From contig NC_009928.1 of assembly GCF_000018105.1 (NCBI RefSeq), positions 1 through 32,000 on the forward strand: 32,000 nt of DNA, read 5' to 3'. Origin of the DNA: Acaryochloris marina MBIC11017 (GTDB lineage: Bacteria; Cyanobacteriota; Cyanobacteriia; Thermosynechococcales; Thermosynechococcaceae). This document shows positions 6,720 through 16,786 of the stretch, piece by piece. The notes beneath the pieces are model-generated. The model had not been told where the DNA came from. It worked only from the letters and a program-made list of their open reading frames with translations, and made no database searches. Each line of letters starts with the position of its first letter. Position 1 is the first letter of the stretch. A program made the position numbers and the translations under genes.

Positions 6720-9700
6720 ATGGCTCCCTACTCACTACATTTAGGGGCCACGGCCATGACCTACTCCAAAACCTTTACCCCCACCTGCAGAGGTAACCCC
6801 TGCGACCTCTGCGGGGACACCACAGGTAAATGCAGAAAGGCAGGCAACCTCAATCTCTGCATGACCCTCTCAGGCCAGATCGAGGGATATCGCTACCTCG
6901 GTCAATCCAAAGATGGCCTCTGGGGTAAATACGTCCTCGATGACGGGAAAGACCTCAGCCAGGAAGACCGGGAACGCCGATGGCAAGAGCAACGCATTCT
7001 CAGAGAGCAACGTGCCCAAGCGGAGGCCCAACGCCATGCCCAATCGCTCCCCGCATCAGAACGAGACCAGCATTATCGCCAACTTCTTGACCAGCTCACC
7101 CTTCACCCAGCAGATCGGGCAGACTTGCATCGTCGAGGATTCACCAATGAGCAGATCCAAGACTGGGGAGTGAAGTCGGTCGAGCAGTGGCAATCCCTCT
7201 CTAGTGAACTGCCTCATACCCTGCCAGGAGTAGGCTTAGACGGTCAATCCTTGATTACTCCAAGACCAGGTTATCTTTGCTCCATCGTTGATGCAGAGGA
7301 CCTTATCGTTGGGTTCCAAGTCAGAGCAAGAACCTCCGAGGGTGGCCGCTATTACTGGCTCACAGGCAAAACCAGAAAACGACCCACTGGACCCACACCC
7401 CACCTTCCCACTGGCGAGTTACCCCTCGCCGTCCATCGTCCAGAGCAAATCACAAGAGATGCAATCGCACTCGTTGAAGGCACAGGGGCTAAACCTCACC
7501 TCCTTGCTCAAAGGCTAGGCCAAGTGACCATCGGTGCAGCTGGGGGATTATTCGCGGCATCTCCTGCAACCCTGAAGGCATCACTCGCTCAGCTCGGAGC
7601 TAATACGATTGAGTTCTACCCTGATGCTGGGGCCATTCAGAACAAATCTGTTCTACGACAGTATCGAGCGACATGGAAACTTCTGAAGGACTGGGGTTAC
7701 ACTGTCACCGTTGCCTGGTGGAAGCAGACGGACAAACGCATCCACACTGACATTGATGAACTGGATGATTTTAGCCAAATTCAGTATTTGTCCGTGGCTG
7801 AGTTTGAACGGATTGCAGCTCAATGTAATGGGCTATTGCATCAGCTTCAGCAGGCACTCTCAAAACTCACTCGTCCTTCATCGCCCGTTCAAGGGTTTGC
7901 CACTCCCAATGACCAACAAACCCACCCCCCTAACCCTCGCGGAACGAAGCGAACTGCACCAGATGACAAGCGTCTTGCAACGCTGCCTGCAACAAGCCGT
8001 CGAGCTAAACGATCCCGTCGCCGCACTGCACGACTCCTTACAGCTCATCGAAGACATGGATATATTTCAAAACTTCGACTGGAAAACTATCGAAGACGCA
8101 TTAGAAGACATACTTCAAGAGCGACACACTCCAGATGTAGCAGCTTACAAAGCCGCCCTGGAGATAACGGGACTCTCGAAACAACAACACCTCTAGTCCA
8201 TGAATACGAGCCGGGTCAGCGACTCCAGACCTGGCAAACCCTCATCTCATCAGGATTCCCCTACATCCTTGACCAGTCCCAACCCGGTACTGGGAAAAGC
8301 TACGACTCTGGGAACGTTACCCCGATTGGCTTTGGAGTTGAACAGGTCATCTACTTGAGTGACCAGCACCGCAATCCTACCGTATCAACATTAGAACAAG
8401 GAAATGGCTGGTGTGACCTAGAAGCACGGCATGGAGGACTCAATCGGGTCAAGAATCGGCTCCAACGATCTGCCAAAGGTGATGCCTTCGCTGTTCCCGC
8501 TAACTGTAGTCGCATTGGAGTGTTGAATGCTCTACGGGATAAGAATATCCCTGGTGCCGATACCGCCAACCTCATCTGCGGCACCTGTGTTGCTCGGGAA
8601 GCCTGCATCAATGCCAATGGGCCAGGATACGGGTTCCTGAATCAACGGCGCAATGTCCTGGGTGTCCCACTGTTGAGGGCACATCCTGACTCATTGCCTG
8701 ATCCAGAGGATTACCCCCTGGAAAACACCATGCTGATCTGGGATGAGCCAGGGCAAAACTTCCAGGTCAAGCAGTCCGTGACTGTCACCTTCACCGACCT
8801 ACAGCAAACCATTTCAGGTCTGATTACCTATCCTGAAATCTTTGCCTTGGTGCAGCCCTTACTCTCAGCACTTCTGCCCTTAATGGATGGGTCTGAGAAG
8901 CTAGGAAAGTTTGGCTTGAATCACTTAGCCGTCAAAGGCCGTCTGCCCGACATGACCGGGGTAAAGCTGGGAGAAATCGCCCTAATTCTGATGCCAAACC
9001 TGGGATTCCTCAATACCACTTCCGACTATGGGATTGACCTCGCAGATTTACCCAAGCAACTGAGAAAGAAGTTCTCTGAGCGAGACTCGGAGATGGCCGA
9101 GCAAGCTCGGAATGGAGTGGTCAAGCAGTGGCTCGTCCCCTTAATCCGCATCTTGCAGGGTGGAGCAGGATGTATCCAAGTTAGCCGCTATGGCCTACTG
9201 ACCCTCAATACCCCCAACCCTCGCCATCGGGACTTAGCTCAAGCTGCCCAAGCCAATGTGTTTCTCGACGCTACACTCTCCCGTGAAGACCTAGCGCTGA
9301 AGTTGGGCTGCTCTCCTGATGAAATCTTAGTGGTGCGCCAAGCTGTCCCAGACACCGGAAACCTGGAGGTGATTCAGGTGACCGACATGGGGCGCGTGGG
9401 CATGAGTCGAGGTGGGGATCAGACCAAGCGCATTGATGCCCTGGTAAAGCATTACCAGGAATTGGATGCAGCCTCCACCAAAACTATCGACTTCAAGAAG
9501 TTTGAAAAGGATGGGGCCTGGTGGCGAGACAGCCGAGGGGTCAATGATTTCCTGAACGTGCAGACCCTCATCCTCGTGGGCACTCCCTGTCGCAATCTTA
9601 ATGATTTGGCCGCCGAGTTTGCAATGGTTTGCGGGCATTACCCAGATGAAGAAGAATCAGCGTTCAAAGCCTTCGTAGACCGCTCCATCCTTGCAGAGAT

Positions 9701-10283
9701 TCACCAAGCGATTGGACGACTCAGGGCACATCGACGCCCTGGAGAATCCCTGCAAGTGGTGTTGATTTCAAATATTGAGATGGATTGCCCTGTTGACAGA
9801 GTCCAGGCCAAGGAACTCACCCTAGATGCCGCCCACAAAGCAGAGCGGGTGAGACTTGCGATTGAGTCAGCCATCCTTCAGTTGCAAGCCAAGGGTAAGA
9901 AGGTCACTCAACAAGTGGTGTCGGCAATGACCCAAATCCCAAGAGGGACGATTGCCCGGTACTGGCGTCTGTTCATTTCGCTATTAGAAGGTTTAAATAG
10001 CAGAATGAACAATTCTAAGAAAGTATTAGAAGCAGACCAGGATTGCCATCAAGCGATTGCGGGTGTTCTAGACGAGCTGTCGGAGCTGCCAGTTAATGAT
10101 CTCTTGCCCAGTCTGAATGAAGTGTTCTTTGACTGGCTTAAACCCAGAGAATGGGCCAACGTCTGGGACAAAGTGAACGCATCCAGTCAGATGGCGATTC
10201 TGGAGGGGATTGCAATGGTGTTACCCTTGAAGATGTTGGACCAAGCGTTGTCAGAAATTGAGATGCAATTCCAGATTTGTTGA
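6720..10283 (+). CDS. Plasmid replication primase-helicase (Rep): Zn-ribbon, Toprim/DUF3854-like, P-loop helicase and C-terminal HTH
   Basis: N-terminal CRGNPCDLCGDTTGKCR...CMT, then DQHYRQLL..LHPADRADLHRRGF. Toprim-like LVEGTGAK (E codon 7476-7478) and YPDAG (7617-7631). Walker A GTGKS (8286-8300), Walker B IWDEPG (D codon 8742-8744) and motif VI-like QAIGRLRAHRR (~9705). HTH-like VTQQVVSAMTQIPRGTIARYWR near 9900-9965. The frame is anomalous at 7925-8196 (see findings). Confidence 0.8.
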   Translation: MAPYSLHLGATAMTYSKTFTPTCRGNPCDLCGDTTGKCRKAGNLNLCMTLSGQIEGYRYLGQSKDGLWGKYVLDDGKDLSQEDRERRWQEQRILREQRAQAEAQRHAQSLPASERDQHYRQLLDQLTLHPADRADLHRRGFTNEQIQDWGVKSVEQWQSLSSELPHTLPGVGLDGQSLITPRPGYLCSIVDAEDLIVGFQVRARTSEGGRYYWLTGKTRKRPTGPTPHLPTGELPLAVHRPEQITRDAIALVEGTGAKPHLLAQRLGQVTIGAAGGLFAASPATLKASLAQLGANTIEFYPDAGAIQNKSVLRQYRATWKLLKDWGYTVTVAWWKQTDKRIHTDIDELDDFSQIQYLSVAEFERIAAQCNGLLHQLQQALSKLTRPSSPVQGFATPNDQQTHPPNPRGTKRTAPDDKRLATLPATSRRAKRSRRRTARLLTAHRRHGYISKLRLENYRRRIRRHTSRATHSRCSSLQSRPGDNGTLETTTPLVHEYEPGQRLQTWQTLISSGFPYILDQSQPGTGKSYDSGNVTPIGFGVEQVIYLSDQHRNPTVSTLEQGNGWCDLEARHGGLNRVKNRLQRSAKGDAFAVPANCSRIGVLNALRDKNIPGADTANLICGTCVAREACINANGPGYGFLNQRRNVLGVPLLRAHPDSLPDPEDYPLENTMLIWDEPGQNFQVKQSVTVTFTDLQQTISGLITYPEIFALVQPLLSALLPLMDGSEKLGKFGLNHLAVKGRLPDMTGVKLGEIALILMPNLGFLNTTSDYGIDLADLPKQLRKKFSERDSEMAEQARNGVVKQWLVPLIRILQGGAGCIQVSRYGLLTLNTPNPRHRDLAQAAQANVFLDATLSREDLALKLGCSPDEILVVRQAVPDTGNLEVIQVTDMGRVGMSRGGDQTKRIDALVKHYQELDAASTKTIDFKKFEKDGAWWRDSRGVNDFLNVQTLILVGTPCRNLNDLAAEFAMVCGHYPDEEESAFKAFVDRSILAEIHQAIGRLRAHRRPGESLQVVLISNIEMDCPVDRVQAKELTLDAAHKAERVRLAIESAILQLQAKGKKVTQQVVSAMTQIPRGTIARYWRLFISLLEGLNSRMNNSKKVLEADQDCHQAIAGVLDELSELPVNDLLPSLNEVFFDWLKPREWANVWDKVNASSQMAILEGIAMVLPLKMLDQALSEIEMQFQIC

Positions 10284-10623
10284 TTCAGGCGAGGGTTAAC
10301 CATACTGAGAATGTGGAGCATCGAGTAGGTTATATGAGCATGAAATATATTAGGAGATGAAAGTAGCTGCCAAAGAATGGTTTCTTTGCGCAGGGAATGA
10401 ATCAAATTTATTACTCATGACTTGAATTTAAGGTGGCCCTGAGCTGCTCGCCTAACTGTATACGCCTGCTTGTTGAGCATTTCAGTCAGTATGTTGAGAT
10501 TATCAAGATTATCTTCAACAATCAATATTTTTGGCCTATAATCCCTAATTCTATTAAAAAAATGCGATGTATAAGAATTATTCGAATACTGGTAATTCTG
10601 TCTAAATGCTACTCGTTTTTAAG

Positions 10624-12657
10624 CTAATTTATGGCCTGTTGAACTAAGTCTAGGATAATATCAAACCTCAAATTAGTAAGGAGCCGATTAAGTTCTTCGG
10701 TTAAGAGTGGATGCTGGCTAGATATATCAGACAACATATTATGAAGTACTTCTTCATCCAACTCCAATGCAGCTTGCTCGAAAGAAAGTAACCAATCTTC
10801 GGATAATTGGGACACCTCTTCCAACAACTCCTTAGATGATCTAGGATTGGAAACTTTAACGGGGTCTGAATGACCGTTCATAAAATCTGGTTTTTGATAT
10901 GTGTACTTGACCTCTAAATGCTCAGCTATGATCTTGAATAGGAGACTTTCTTGAAAAGGTTTGCATAGGAAGCCATCACATCCAGATTCTTTCGACTCTT
11001 TTTTTGTATCTTCAAATACACTTGCAGTCAAAGCAATTATGGCAGTTCTACCCTCTACGACAATCGGATCTGCTGCTGCTTTGTCTGCAAGAAGGGGATA
11101 TTCACCAGATACTCGAAGACAAGACGAATCATTCTCCGATTCGAGTTGTCGGATTCTCTGGGTTGTTTGATATCCATTCATTTCCGGCATTTGCCAGTCC
11201 ATTAGAATGAGATGAGGGCACCATTCTTGCCAGAGAGAAATAGCCTGCAGACCTCCCCGTGCAGAGCGCACGATGAAGCCAACTGTTTCTAATAAATTCA
11301 CGAGCATTTCCTGAGTATCTTGATGATCCTCTACAACGAGGACTCTCAAAGAGGATTGAGGCTCTTCGATCCCAACGACGGTGGCTTGGGTCACTATCGG
11401 TTCTTGAAAGGATTCACCCAGGTCAACCTGAATATAAAAATCCACGATCGTTCCATGGTCTTCAGTACTCTCGATGGATATGTCTCCCCCCATCAGGTGA
11501 ACGAACCTTTGGCAAATGCATAGCCCTAATCCAATGCCGCCAAACTTATCGCGTGTTAAAGGGTCTTGGACAAAGTGTTCAAACAGTTTAGGGAGCAAAT
11601 GCTGGGGAATCCCAGGTCCTGTATCTTGGATGGAGAATTCTATGTGGTGGGGTAAAGTCTCAGTGCGAGGGGGACGCCATTGAACGCGGCACTCAACACT
11701 ACCTCGCTTTGTATATTTGAGAGCATTACCTAGTAAGTTGATGAGAATCTGTCTGAGTTTTTGAGCATCGGTTCTGATGAATCGGGGAACATCAGGGGCG
11801 ATACGGAGTTGAAGCTGTATATCTTTGGAGCTAGCCTGCAATGAAAATAATTCTTTAACCCCCTCACAAAGATGGTAGAGATTGACATCCTTGGGCTCAT
11901 ACGTAAGCACCCCGTCCTCAATTTTGGAGAGGGTAATGACTTCGTTGACCAGTGAGAGCAAGTGCTCACCACTGCGATAAATGACATCGAGCCTTGATTG
12001 TTGATCTGGTGTGATGCGCCGATCTCGGAGCAGGAGTTGACTAAAGCCCATGATGGCGTTGAGAGGGGTTCGGAATTCATGGCTCATATTGGCGATGAAT
12101 TTGCTTTTGGCTTGATTCGCGATTTCAGCCGTTTCAATCGCTGTGTTGAGTTGGCTCGTCCGTTCCTCAACAAGTTGTTCCAGATTGGCATTGAGGCATC
12201 GGAGGGCAGCTTCAGTCTCCTGTTGAGCAGTGACATCTTTGCCAATTCCTAAAAACCCCTTCAACTGACCTGAGGCATCCCTCAATGCTTTCACGGATAG
12301 ACAGACCATAAACTGACTGTGGTCTTTGCGAATTAAGGTCCAGATATTTTCATCGGCCATCCCCATACGGGCTTTGACAATAAGGGTCTCCACGTCTGCT
12401 TCAATAACGCGACCCAACTCTTTAGAGAGTACTTGCGCCCGCAGCACGATTTCTGCTGAGTCATGAAAGATGATCGGGGTGACTCTACCAATGATTTCTT
12501 CAGATGAATAGCCAAATTGTTTTAATGCCCCTGCATTTAGGGTTTGAACCACCCCGTTGATATCTGTTGAAATGACAATGAAATCGGCACTATCCAAAAT
12601 GGTTTGTTGCCAGGTCTGTAAAAGTTGAAGAGAATCAGCCTCAAACTTCTCTGTCAT
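10624..12657 (-). CDS. Hybrid sensor histidine kinase/response regulator (PAS, HisKA, HATPase_c, REC, conserved C-terminal tail)
   Basis: H-box MSHEFRTPLNAIMGF. N/G boxes LINLLGNALKYT and DTGPGI...GGIGLGL. REC with VLVVEDHQD...ILMDWQMPEMNG...ALTASVFED...DGFLCKP. The likely start is ATG 12657 (MTEKFE...); the track ORF extends to 12768. Confidence 0.9.
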   Translation of the reverse strand: MTEKFEADSLQLLQTWQQTILDSADFIVISTDINGVVQTLNAGALKQFGYSSEEIIGRVTPIIFHDSAEIVLRAQVLSKELGRVIEADVETLIVKARMGMADENIWTLIRKDHSQFMVCLSVKALRDASGQLKGFLGIGKDVTAQQETEAALRCLNANLEQLVEERTSQLNTAIETAEIANQAKSKFIANMSHEFRTPLNAIMGFSQLLLRDRRITPDQQSRLDVIYRSGEHLLSLVNEVITLSKIEDGVLTYEPKDVNLYHLCEGVKELFSLQASSKDIQLQLRIAPDVPRFIRTDAQKLRQILINLLGNALKYTKRGSVECRVQWRPPRTETLPHHIEFSIQDTGPGIPQHLLPKLFEHFVQDPLTRDKFGGIGLGLCICQRFVHLMGGDISIESTEDHGTIVDFYIQVDLGESFQEPIVTQATVVGIEEPQSSLRVLVVEDHQDTQEMLVNLLETVGFIVRSARGGLQAISLWQEWCPHLILMDWQMPEMNGYQTTQRIRQLESENDSSCLRVSGEYPLLADKAAADPIVVEGRTAIIALTASVFEDTKKESKESGCDGFLCKPFQESLLFKIIAEHLEVKYTYQKPDFMNGHSDPVKVSNPRSSKELLEEVSQLSEDWLLSFEQAALELDEEVLHNMLSDISSQHPLLTEELNRLLTNLRFDIILDLVQQAIN

Positions 12658-13045
12658 ATAATTTCGACCTTGCTTTTTGTTTGAGTTTTTATAGCAGAAT
12701 TTAGTGTGTCCATTATGTTTCAGGCTTTCCCAAAATGTAATGAAGTTAGGTTTTCTATAAAAGGTCAAAGACTAACGCTCGATTAACAAAGAAATTGAGC
12801 TATCTCCCCCCTTTTATCAAAAATCTCAGTGAATACAAATGACTTTGTCTCGAAATCCTATCTGATAGATTAGCGTTTTCGCTCTTGCACATATCCCTCA
12901 TGTCGGGGTTTGACTAAGTGGCAGCGTCTCCATCCAGTCAGTTTGGGGACAGCCTAACTATCAGCATGTATGAGGCTTCCATCTGCATGCTCACGATTCT
13001 CTCCAATGTATTTATGGTTGTGCTTAGCGTGCTGTTGACTGGTAT

Positions 13046-14137
13046 TCAGGCAAGGTTATAAATGAGGTTGTGCACAATGAGATTCTTTGACTGCTTCATC
13101 ATCCGGTCTTCTGGATTTTCCCTCACCCTCACGAGAGGGGCCACCCGGTCCCCTTCTATTGTCTGTTGATGCGGCATCACAGGCCTGCCCTTCCCCATCT
13201 CCTTCAAACGAGCACCCATACTCCTCTGAAAACAGTTGATAAAGGAGTTACTACCAGGGTCGGTGACATGATAGTGATAGCCACGAGTTTCATTAGAATG
13301 ACCCCGGCACTCATCTAAGCTGCTCTCCTCTGCGCTTTGCTCCTCCAATCGAGCGTGAAGTGAGAACCCTTCGAGAGCATGGCCAATCATGAGACTATGC
13401 GTATCTTCCTGTGCTACCTCAGTTAGGCAGCCCGTATGGGCATGGTAGTGATAGCCATGATTAAGATGGATATGACCACCGCAGTCGTCAAATGGGGTGA
13501 GTGTACGGGCACTCAAAATTGCATTTGTCGGTGCGGGGGGATCAAAATTTACCCCATTGAGCGCTAAACCCCCAGATGTGCGAGCGATTTGCCTCGGTTT
13601 TGTTTGCTGAACAGGCTTGATCGGGATGATGTGAGTGTTAACCATGCCTTTCTCTAAATAGGACAGTAAGCACTGCACACAGAAATTTTGGTAGTCTTCA
13701 TCAACATTTGGACGAGCAGCAACGCAGGCCTCTTTTGAATCCGTGACTCGAACGGAGCCATCGTCTCGATAGAGTTTCCATTGATCGTCGCTGTAAAAAG
13801 CCTCCAGATTTTTGATAAAAGCGCCATCAACATTATTAATTTTGCCGCCGTCTGGCCAGATTCCGCCAGCTTTATCTCCATCACTAATAGTTTCTGGGCA
13901 CCATGGCACTGCTTGATGATCCACCGGAGTGGATTTAACGGTGATGCGGTAACAGATTGTTTCTGTTCCTCCTGACAGCGTACACAATTCCTCTGCAATA
14001 TCACCTACTAAGGCATCTTCATAAAATAGAGTGGGATCGACACTTACAGTCCCTCCCCCACTGTGCTGATTACAAGCTTGGATGATCAAGCCAACCACCA
14101 TTACACCCAGCCAAGATGTTATGGTCTTACACTTCAT
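13046..14137 (-). CDS. YHYH-domain lipoprotein
   Basis: Two YHYH motifs (NHGYHYHAHTGC and TRGYHYHVTDPG). The start at ATG 14137 gives MKCKTITSWLGVMVVGLIIQAC, a lipoprotein-type signal. The track ORF extends to 14269. Confidence 0.7.
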   Translation of the reverse strand: MKCKTITSWLGVMVVGLIIQACNQHSGGGTVSVDPTLFYEDALVGDIAEELCTLSGGTETICYRITVKSTPVDHQAVPWCPETISDGDKAGGIWPDGGKINNVDGAFIKNLEAFYSDDQWKLYRDDGSVRVTDSKEACVAARPNVDEDYQNFCVQCLLSYLEKGMVNTHIIPIKPVQQTKPRQIARTSGGLALNGVNFDPPAPTNAILSARTLTPFDDCGGHIHLNHGYHYHAHTGCLTEVAQEDTHSLMIGHALEGFSLHARLEEQSAEESSLDECRGHSNETRGYHYHVTDPGSNSFINCFQRSMGARLKEMGKGRPVMPHQQTIEGDRVAPLVRVRENPEDRMMKQSKNLIVHNLIYNLA

Positions 14138-14445
14138 GGGAAGTCTATGGTGATTAAACCCCAGAAATAGCGATACTTTCATGGGTAATCTGGACAATAA
14201 AGGTAATTGGACATTAAGGGGCCACCCTAAGGGTTTCAGAGTTATCCAATGGATAACGGCAAGGCCCATTTAACAATCTTCTGGATGACTACATGTATTG
14301 AGCATGGTTGAAGCTGCAGCCTCTGTCATGTCCCATATGGCCAAAATTTATAGGCCATTGGTCATGGGTCGAATGGCTAGGATTGCTAAACATTAGATAG
14401 AGCGATTATTCTTGAGCTGACACCCCTGCACGCTGATAATTGCCA

Positions 14446-15729
14446 ATGGCTCAGGGTACCAATCTTCTTTATCAAAGATACCGCTCCATAGCATTAGCGG
14501 TTTATATCTGTGTGCTATTAGCAGGTCTTTTAGATTGGCTGGATGGTGGTTTAGGTCCCCGTTCTATCATCACAGCACCTGATAGCTTACGTTTTTTTGT
14601 TTTTGCTAGCACTGTTCTTGCACTGACCGGGCTAGAACTCCGGACGTTAGTCAATGGAACTTATTCCCCGACCCGCAAGAAGAATGTCTTACTCTTTTTG
14701 GTCAGGTTAGTGCTGTTTTCAGGTGCTTGTCTCGTCACTGATCTTCATTACTCGAAAATTCTGTTTTTACCTATTCTTTTGTACGGATACTTTACAGTCA
14801 GTCAAAGATTGAGTTATGTCATTGCTCTGTTAGGGGTTGCCATCCTATTTATCCTCAGCGCCGCTAATATTGGCGGCATAAGGCCACCACCACCATTAGG
14901 TGTGTCCAAGCTGGGCGGTCTGATTGACAGAAGTACTGGCTCACTGATTGCCTTATTATTCACACTCCTGTTGGCCCAAGCCATGTCCGAGGCTATCCAG
15001 GCTCAACAAAAGCTTACCCATTTACTGCAGTCTCTGGAATCTTCCCATAGACAACTTCAAGCTTATGCCAGCCGAGTTGCTGATTTAGCAGCCATAGAAG
15101 AACGGAATCGATTAGCTCGGGATATTCACGATAGTCTGGGGCATCATTTAGCCGCGATTAACATTCAACTGGAAAAAGCCAGTGCTTATCGAGAGCGAGA
15201 TTCTGACCGGGCCTATGAAGCGGTTAAGCATGCCCAGGAAACTGTACAAGATGCCCTCAAAGATGTGCGTGCATCCGTTAGCAGCTTACGTCAGGAAGGA
15301 ATACCTTTTGCTTTTCAAGCTTCACTAGAAGAATTGATCCGACGCATGGATCATAGCGACCTTGATATCACCCTAAACCAATCTGGAGAGTGTGTGAACT
15401 ACAGTAGTCTTAAGCTGATGACGTTGTATCGCGTGCTCCAAGAAGGGTTGACCAATATACATAAGCACGCCCATGCCAGTCAAGCGCATATCAACCTCAA
15501 TTTTGGCCCTCAAAATATCACGCTAGAACTGATAGATAATGGTTTGGGATTCGACGTCGCAGCCTGGAAGTCACAGAAGAATCAACAAACCAACCATGGC
15601 ATCATTGGCTTACAGGAACGCCTTAGTTTGGTGGGTGGAACCCTCGATATCACCAGTCATTCCCAAGCCACAACCCTCGCTATCAATATCCCCCAAGACC
15701 TTCCTCAGATCAATTACCGGGCTGAGTAA
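14446..15729 (+). CDS. Membrane sensor histidine kinase, NarL-partner type (HisKA_3)
   Basis: Hydrophobic N-terminal half. H-box ERNRLARDIHDSLGHHLAAI, N-box LQEGLTNIHKHA, and G boxes DNGLGF / GIIGLQERL. ATG at 14446; the track starts at TTG 14440. Confidence 0.85.
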   Translation: MAQGTNLLYQRYRSIALAVYICVLLAGLLDWLDGGLGPRSIITAPDSLRFFVFASTVLALTGLELRTLVNGTYSPTRKKNVLLFLVRLVLFSGACLVTDLHYSKILFLPILLYGYFTVSQRLSYVIALLGVAILFILSAANIGGIRPPPPLGVSKLGGLIDRSTGSLIALLFTLLLAQAMSEAIQAQQKLTHLLQSLESSHRQLQAYASRVADLAAIEERNRLARDIHDSLGHHLAAINIQLEKASAYRERDSDRAYEAVKHAQETVQDALKDVRASVSSLRQEGIPFAFQASLEELIRRMDHSDLDITLNQSGECVNYSSLKLMTLYRVLQEGLTNIHKHAHASQAHINLNFGPQNITLELIDNGLGFDVAAWKSQKNQQTNHGIIGLQERLSLVGGTLDITSHSQATTLAINIPQDLPQINYRAE

Positions 15730-15734
15730 ACGCT

Positions 15735-16382
15735 ATGGCTATTCAAATTTTGTTGGTCGATGATCAATACCTGATCCGGGAAGGGATTGCCTCCTTGTTA
15801 GAACTGGAAGAGGATCTGGAGGTAGCGGGGATGGCAGCTAATGGTAAAGAGGCCATAAAACAAGCCATTGACCTGAAACCCAATATCATCCTGATGGATA
15901 TCAGAATGCCTGAACTGAATGGGGTTGAGGCAACGGCCAAAATCAAGCAATCACTCCCCCATTGTCAAATCATTATGTTGACCACATTCGATGATGAAGA
16001 GCTAATTGTGCAGTCGCTACTGGCAGGGGCGTGTGGTTATCTGATGAAGGACATTCCCCCGGACGATCTTGGGCAAGCGATTAAGTTGGCCGATGCGGGC
16101 GTGTTTCAGCTCGCACCTGAGGTTGCTGGTAAATTAATTGGTTCACTCAAAACTCAACGGGCTGGTGACGCTCCCAAACTTCCTACCGATACACCACTGA
16201 CAACCAGAGAACTCGAAGTTTTAAAGCTGCTCGCCAAAGGCAACACGAATAAAGAAATTGCCAAAGCGTTTAACTTGAGTGAGGGAACCGTCAAAAACCA
16301 CGTTTCCAATATTTTAATGAGACTTGGACTCAGAGACCGCACCCAGGCAGCCGTTTACGCAGTAGAGCATGGCTTGAGTTGA
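15735..16382 (+). CDS. NarL/FixJ-family response regulator (REC + LuxR-type HTH)
   Basis: ILLVDDQ...ILMDIRMPELNG...MLTTF.. is the receiver. LTTRELEVLKLLAKGNTNKEIAKAFNLSEGTVKNHVSNILMRLG is the HTH. It starts 5 nt after the kinase stop. Confidence 0.9.
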   Translation: MAIQILLVDDQYLIREGIASLLELEEDLEVAGMAANGKEAIKQAIDLKPNIILMDIRMPELNGVEATAKIKQSLPHCQIIMLTTFDDEELIVQSLLAGACGYLMKDIPPDDLGQAIKLADAGVFQLAPEVAGKLIGSLKTQRAGDAPKLPTDTPLTTRELEVLKLLAKGNTNKEIAKAFNLSEGTVKNHVSNILMRLGLRDRTQAAVYAVEHGLS

Positions 16383-16786
16383 AACGAAATAGAGGGTCAC
16401 GGGACCCAATCTGACTACCTATTCATCATTACCTCTCAGTCTATTGGTACTTTTTGCCTAAATTGATTTATGTCAAAAGAGCTATATAGGGAGTGTCGAT
16501 TGACCCTAGCAAGACTAGTTAGAAATCAAATACATTTCAAATGATTAGGTTTATTTGCATGCTGTTTTCTGCGAAAGACAGTCTATCAACGAATCATCTT
16601 TAAGATATGAAGTCACGAGCCCTATGTGGTGTGGCAGCTGCACTACTTGAATTATCAATAATATTTACTCTCTATCAGTCGGTGAGCTGATTAACTTTCT
16701 ATCTCATTTGTTTGTAGTTTCTTTGGAGTCTTTCACTTAAAGCTGAAGCACATCAAAGGATTGCCAGTGCAAGGTGAATGTGAAGT

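Noticed and set aside
7711-8196. Track ORF 7711..8196 as an independent gene starting at its ATG
   Set aside because: Its first ~70 residues (MPGGSRRTNASTLTLMNWMILAKFSICPW...) look like off-frame noise over good Rep coding sequence. Only the part after the C6 run is protein-like, so I treat it as a frame anomaly of rep and not as a separate gene.
10433-10627. 64-aa plus-strand ORF in the rep/kinase convergent spacer
   Set aside because: It lies in AT-rich sequence with Ile/Asn/Lys-biased composition, runs into the kinase 3' end, and shows no translation signals.
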